A stretch of DNA of 64,000 nt from Alphaproteobacteria bacterium (GTDB lineage: Bacteria; Pseudomonadota; Alphaproteobacteria; SP197), in NCBI GenBank assembly GCA_965228895.1, contig OZ245842.1, positions 2,048,001 to 2,112,000 of the forward strand, given 5' to 3'. The notes beneath the pieces were generated by a model. That model was given only the letters and a program-made list of their open reading frames with translations. It had not been told where the DNA came from and did no database searches. Shown in pieces: positions 59,709 through 64,000 of this stretch. Every line of letters begins with the position of its first letter. Position 1 is the first letter of the stretch. A program made the translations under genes and the position numbers.

Positions 59709-60322
59709 GACGTGCGAATGACCACCGCTTCCTCGTCCTCGTCCTCGTAATCCTCGTAGCCGTCGTCCGCACGATCGGTGGAACGTTCGACATACTTGCG
59801 GGCGATGACATCGGCGATATCGGCGATATCAATGAAGTTGTCGGCTTGGCGGCGCAAATCATCGGCCACCATGGGCGGTTGGGTTTTGAGACTGCTGACC
59901 ACGGTAACCCGGGTGCCCTTGCGCTGAACCGCCTCGACCAGGGAGCGGAAATCGCCGTCACCGGAAAACAAGACCGCGTGATCCATGAAATCGGCCATTT
60001 CCAGCATGTCGATCGCCAGCTCGATATCCATGTTGCCTTTGATCTTGCGCCGCCCCATGGCGTCGGTGAACTCGCGGGTCGGCTTCGTTACCATGGTATA
60101 GCCGTTGTAATCGAGCCAGTCGATGAGAGGCCGGATCGGCGAATACTCTTGATCATCTACCAGGGCGGTATAATACATGGCACGAATTAGACGGCCGCGA
60201 TTAGAGAATTCTTCTTTGAGTAACCTGTAATCTATATCAAATCCTAATGATTTTGCTGTTGCGAAAAGATTGGCGCCATCAATAAACAAAACCATCCGCT
60301 CTTCATTATAAAATTTTACCAT
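59705..60322 (-). CDS. NYN domain protein (LabA/DUF88)
   Basis: FIDGANL, KGNMDIELAID, LFSGDGDF and LRRQAD motifs. Confidence 0.94.
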   Translation of the reverse strand: MVKFYNEERMVLFIDGANLFATAKSLGFDIDYRLLKEEFSNRGRLIRAMYYTALVDDQEYSPIRPLIDWLDYNGYTMVTKPTREFTDAMGRRKIKGNMDIELAIDMLEMADFMDHAVLFSGDGDFRSLVEAVQRKGTRVTVVSSLKTQPPMVADDLRRQADNFIDIADIADVIARKYVERSTDRADDGYEDYEDEDEEAVVIRTS

Positions 60323-60968
60323 ATTATTTGTTCTTCCGTTCTTACAATTGCTAAGTCGACGGTTTGGTTGTGCATCCGCAGTGTTTGTTCGCTTGTCTGA
60401 CAGCGCGGTAGCAACAGATGTGTTTTAGTTCTCGTTGGTGACTGTTCGCAAGTCGGCGTGTGGGCAAACAGGTCGAGGACATAAGCTTTGCGACGTATAG
60501 GCGAGTACCGGGCGGTGTGTTGCAATCGCAATGGCTCGTGCCTGCCGGTCCCAACCACATTTTCGGCGCCCGTGACGGCTGGCGCACCTATGTTTTCACG
60601 CTGTCATACAGTCGCAATAGGTGCTGACTCGCGCACTTCCAACTATCGATCTAGTCGAGTACTTACCACCTCTGATGCTGTGGGTAGATTTGGTGTAGGG
60701 CCATGGCCGGGTGGGGTACGTCGCATGTTCGGATGCTTCTTGGGCCGAGGCTTGTTAACCTTTTTTCTAACGATCTCAATGTGTTCGACCGTCAGGTTGC
60801 GGCAGGCGGGCATGTCGTTGATCTTAAGTAACCAAGTTTTGAAGTAACGAGACGATCGGCACGCGAGATGGATGGTGTGAGCAAAACCATACACCAGCGG
60901 CCCCGGGGGAAAGAAGCGGGGCAGCATGCGCGTTGCGTTCTGAGTTTCTGTGAGACCGCCGAAGAACG

Positions 60969-62219
60969 ATGTCATCCGGTGTCTGTGTCATGAGGTCGCT
61001 TGCTGCAGTTGCATTGGCGATCGGTGTTCTCGCTCTCGGTCCAGTCCTGTCCGCCGGTTCGGTTTGGGCGTCTGACGGCGAGAGTCATCGCCATGGCGAT
61101 GACATTGACTTTGCCAGCCTTATGGCGCCAAGCCTTGGTTCTGACGACGACCACGGCGATTGGGTTACGACCGACTGGTACGCCGGCATGGTCGGCTTCG
61201 ACGATCCGGTGGTCGTCACCCGTTATGACCGAGGTTGGCGAGGCGAGACGGGGTTGACGCGCGTTGCGCTCGACCAGGTGTTTGTCGGCAATGTAAGCGC
61301 CACCAGCCAAGGCGGCGTCTTGCTGTACAAGATGGATGGCGCTTTTGATAAGTCGGCTGATCCGCTGGTTAGCTTGACCGCGACCGCCATGGCGAATGTT
61401 TCCGACATTGCCCTTTGCGAAGGCGACGTGTGCGGCGAGCGGACCGACGATGTGCAGGCGACGAACGTGCAGGCGACATCGGGCGATGCCTCGGCGTCGC
61501 CGTCTGTTGATTTCGCGCAGATGATGGCGCCCAGCCTGGGCTCTGGTTCTGGTTCGATGACCGCCTACATCCTGCTTGATTTGATCATTGCCTATGATGT
61601 CCGCACGTCCCAGGTTCTGGTCGGGCACGTGGATGCTTACGCCGCGGTTGATTCGGTCTTGGTGAGCCCAGCGGTTGAAAGCCCAGAGCCCGGTGATGTG
61701 GTGCCGGAGGTCAAGGTTGCCGCGACGGCCGTTGGCAATGTGGGAACACTGGAAAGCGACGTTGGCGTGCGAGGCGAGAGCGTGCAGATCGTCGTTGGCG
61801 CGATCCTGCCGCCGGAAGAACCAGTGGTTGATGAGCCGGTGGTGCAAGCGGCTCTGGACGTCCCAAGCGAGAATGCCGACCCGCTGTCAGGCGTGCTGTC
61901 AGGTCTGGTCAGTGACGACCACATTGAGAAAGCCCAGATCACTGCTGAGGCTTCCGTTGGTTCGTTGGCCGGCGTCTTCACCGATGTCAGCGCTACAGCG
62001 CTCGCCAACCTGCATGTAACCCATATTGACGTCACCGACGTTGGTGACGTCAGCACAATTGACGTTGACCAACTCGCCTATGCCGACGCAATGGCCATCG
62101 TCCATCTCGAAGAGATCGCGCTTGAGCACACGCCCGGTCTGCGTGCGGCGGCGACGGCGCTGGGCAACATCAGAAATGTTGTCATCAGCATGGCCGACGG
62201 AATCGAAACTGGTTTCTAA
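60969..62219 (+). CDS. Secreted paralog of the HfaD-like protein at 26336-27433
   Basis: Signal peptide; DWYA, VFVGNV, ATAVGN..ESDV, IEKAQI and DQLAYAD segments align by eye with the 26336 protein. Confidence 0.75.
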   Translation: MSSGVCVMRSLAAVALAIGVLALGPVLSAGSVWASDGESHRHGDDIDFASLMAPSLGSDDDHGDWVTTDWYAGMVGFDDPVVVTRYDRGWRGETGLTRVALDQVFVGNVSATSQGGVLLYKMDGAFDKSADPLVSLTATAMANVSDIALCEGDVCGERTDDVQATNVQATSGDASASPSVDFAQMMAPSLGSGSGSMTAYILLDLIIAYDVRTSQVLVGHVDAYAAVDSVLVSPAVESPEPGDVVPEVKVAATAVGNVGTLESDVGVRGESVQIVVGAILPPEEPVVDEPVVQAALDVPSENADPLSGVLSGLVSDDHIEKAQITAEASVGSLAGVFTDVSATALANLHVTHIDVTDVGDVSTIDVDQLAYADAMAIVHLEEIALEHTPGLRAAATALGNIRNVVISMADGIETGF

Positions 62220-62245
62220 GAGCGGTCTAGAACCCGCGACCAAGT

Positions 62246-62272
62246 AAGGGTGCCTGGCGGCGCCCTTTTTTG
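62246..62272 (+). terminator. Intrinsic terminator
   Basis: aagggtgcc-tggc-ggcgccctt followed by a T tract. Confidence 0.75.
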
Positions 62273-62413
62273 TGTTATCGCTGCTTGTTGCATTCGGCGC
62301 GCGATTTGGCGTGCAACCATTGCCACGATGTGATGAATACGCCAGCGGCCAAGCGTTGGCCGTGTGGCGGAAAACTCAATGGCCTGGTCGTGACGCAACA
62401 CGCCGATTATCCC

Positions 62414-62908
62414 ATGCCCATCCTGATCGGCCTGGGCGCCAACCTGGACTCACGTCACGGTTCGCCGCGCGAGACCATCGAGCTTGCCTTGGCGAGCCTT
62501 CAAGATGCTGGTGTCACCGTGGTCGCCGTGGCGCCGATGTATGAGAGCGCGCCGGTGCCGGCGAGCGATCAGCCCTGGTTCGTCAACACCGTCGCTGTGC
62601 TCGAGACGGATAGGACGCCGGAAAACCTGCTCGATCTGCTCCATGTGACGGAGCAGGCGTTCGGCCGCGAACGGCGCGAACGCTGGGAGGCACGGGTGCT
62701 GGATATCGATCTTTTGGACTATCGCGGCCAGGTCAGTCCGACGGGATGTCCCATTTTGCCACACCCGCGCATGGCCGAGCGCGCCTTTGTGTTGCTGCCG
62801 CTGCGCTGCCTGGTGCCCAAATGGCGGCACCCGGTGACCGGAACGTCGATCGACGCGCTGGTCGCGGCCTTGCCGGCGGACCAGGAGATCCGGCCCCAGG
62901 AGCCTTGA
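62414..62908 (+). CDS. folK: 2-amino-4-hydroxy-6-hydroxymethyldihydropteridine pyrophosphokinase
   Basis: IGLGANL, Q.WFVN, R.LDIDLL and PHPR..ERAFVL motifs. Confidence 0.95.
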   Translation: MPILIGLGANLDSRHGSPRETIELALASLQDAGVTVVAVAPMYESAPVPASDQPWFVNTVAVLETDRTPENLLDLLHVTEQAFGRERRERWEARVLDIDLLDYRGQVSPTGCPILPHPRMAERAFVLLPLRCLVPKWRHPVTGTSIDALVAALPADQEIRPQEP

Positions 62909-62997
62909 GGCCAAGCCTGACAGGGCTTGCCACCACCCTTGCATAAGGCTATGACCACGGCCACATAGAACGGATTGTTGACAGGAAAGAATGAACC

Positions 62998-63387
62998 ATG
63001 GCGCGTCTTACCGTTGAAGACTGTATCGACCGGATTCCCAACCGTTTTGAGCTGGTGATGCTGGCCGCGCAGCGTGCCCGCGAGCTCGGCGCCGGGGCGC
63101 CGATGACGGTCGACCGCGATAACGACAAAAACCCGGTCGTGGCGCTGCGTGAAATCGCCGACGATACGGTTGAGCTGGATGGTCTGCGCCGCAAGCTCGT
63201 TTATGGCGGTGAACCCCAGCATGACGATGATGATCTTGAAGGCGACCTTGGTCTGGGCGATGAGGTCGGCCTGTCGGGCGATGCGGTCGCCGCCGCTGCC
63301 GCTGCGGCATTGGCCGGTCTTGGCGCTGAAGTGGTCGACGAGACGGCGGTTGAAGAGGCGGCCCCGACCGACGAGAACCAAGCCTGA
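62998..63387 (+). CDS. rpoZ: RNA polymerase omega subunit
   Basis: [29 protein letters not shown]. Confidence 0.97.
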   Translation: MARLTVEDCIDRIPNRFELVMLAAQRARELGAGAPMTVDRDNDKNPVVALREIADDTVELDGLRRKLVYGGEPQHDDDDLEGDLGLGDEVGLSGDAVAAAAAAALAGLGAEVVDETAVEEAAPTDENQA

Positions 63388-63467
63388 GCTTTATGATCTC
63401 ATCGCGTGGTGCCCGCGCCTTGCGGGTGTAGACTGGCGAAGCAGTCAAAGCGCGCTAGAACAACAAC

Positions 63468-64000
63468 ATGCTTCGCCAATACGAACTGGTCGAGAAGGTA
63501 AGGGACTACGACACGTCCGCCGATGAGGACGCGCTGAACCGCGCCTATGTCTTCTCGATGATGGCCCACGGCCATCAGACCCGTGAATCCGGCGATCCCT
63601 ACTTCTCGCACCCCGTGGAAGTCGCGGGCATTCTGGCCGATATGCGCCTGGATGGTGCCTCGATCATCACCGGCCTGTTGCATGACACGGTCGAGGATAC
63701 CGATGCCACGCTGGAGGGCATCGAAGATCAGTTCGGACAGGAGGTCGGCCGCCTTGTCGACGGCGTCACCAAGCTGTCGCGCCTGGAGCTTCAATCGGAA
63801 AACACGAAGCAGGCCGAAAACTTCCGCAAGTTGCTGCTGGCGATGTCGGAAGACATCCGGGTCTTGTTGGTCAAACTGGCCGACCGGCTGCACAACATGC
63901 GTACCCTCCATCATGTGGCCAAGCCGGAAAAACGCGTGCGCACCGCCAGCGAGACTATGGAGATCTATGCGCCGCTGGCCGAGCGGATCGGCATGCAGGC
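63468..64000 (+). CDS. spoT: Bifunctional (p)ppGpp synthetase/hydrolase (Rel/SpoT), 3' truncated
   Basis: MLRQYELVE...AHGHQTRESGDPYFSHP..LLHDTVED..KLADRLHNMRT; directly after rpoZ. Confidence 0.96.
   Translation, partial: MLRQYELVEKVRDYDTSADEDALNRAYVFSMMAHGHQTRESGDPYFSHPVEVAGILADMRLDGASIITGLLHDTVEDTDATLEGIEDQFGQEVGRLVDGVTKLSRLELQSENTKQAENFRKLLLAMSEDIRVLLVKLADRLHNMRTLHHVAKPEKRVRTASETMEIYAPLAERIGMQ

Noticed and set aside
63210-63387. Acidic, Ala-rich tail of RpoZ
   Set aside because: Low-complexity C-terminal extensions are ordinary in alphaproteobacterial omega subunits.
1-64000. CRISPR array or rRNA
   Set aside because: No regularly spaced repeats, cas genes or rRNA-like sequence observed.

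Overview
GC-rich bacterial chromosomal DNA, almost certainly alphaproteobacterial given the dapA-smpB-UDG-NYN-folK-rpoZ-relA/spoT synteny at the right end. In order: (1) 1-4.7 kb holds a double-domain trans-sulfuration PLP enzyme, a rhomboid, a VOC protein, a GST, tRNA-Ser(GCT) and a choline kinase. (2) 5.1-20.0 kb is a catabolic cluster: PotABCD-like ABC transporter, SDR, LLM monooxygenase, GMC oxidoreductase, proline racemase family protein, aldolase, D-amino acid dehydrogenase, IclR, GlmL/MutL and an orphan cobalamin-binding enzyme. Its two ends share an 18-bp palindromic operator. (3) 20.5-39.2 kb is an accessory locus with long AT-richer intergenic regions and orphan LuxR/FixJ regulators. 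Its core is a CsgG/HfaB outer-membrane channel with HfaD-like and HfaA-like secreted proteins, followed by a tailoring cassette: adenylating enzyme, ACP, two paralogous GNATs, Sel1 protein, lipoprotein, divergent TPR-GT41 and a truncated 2OG-Fe(II) oxygenase. (4) 39.2-51.4 kb is an RpiR-controlled amine gamma-glutamylation/catabolism cluster with a Liv-type ABC transporter. (5) 51.4-64 kb carries sugar-nucleotide and housekeeping genes, plus an internally duplicated paralog of the HfaD-like protein inserted between NYN and folK. The best candidate for an undescribed system is region 3 with its remote paralog: a curli/holdfast-anchor-type secreted fibre or surface layer with dedicated acylation/glycosylation machinery. 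All product calls come from motif recognition by eye; no database searches were run.
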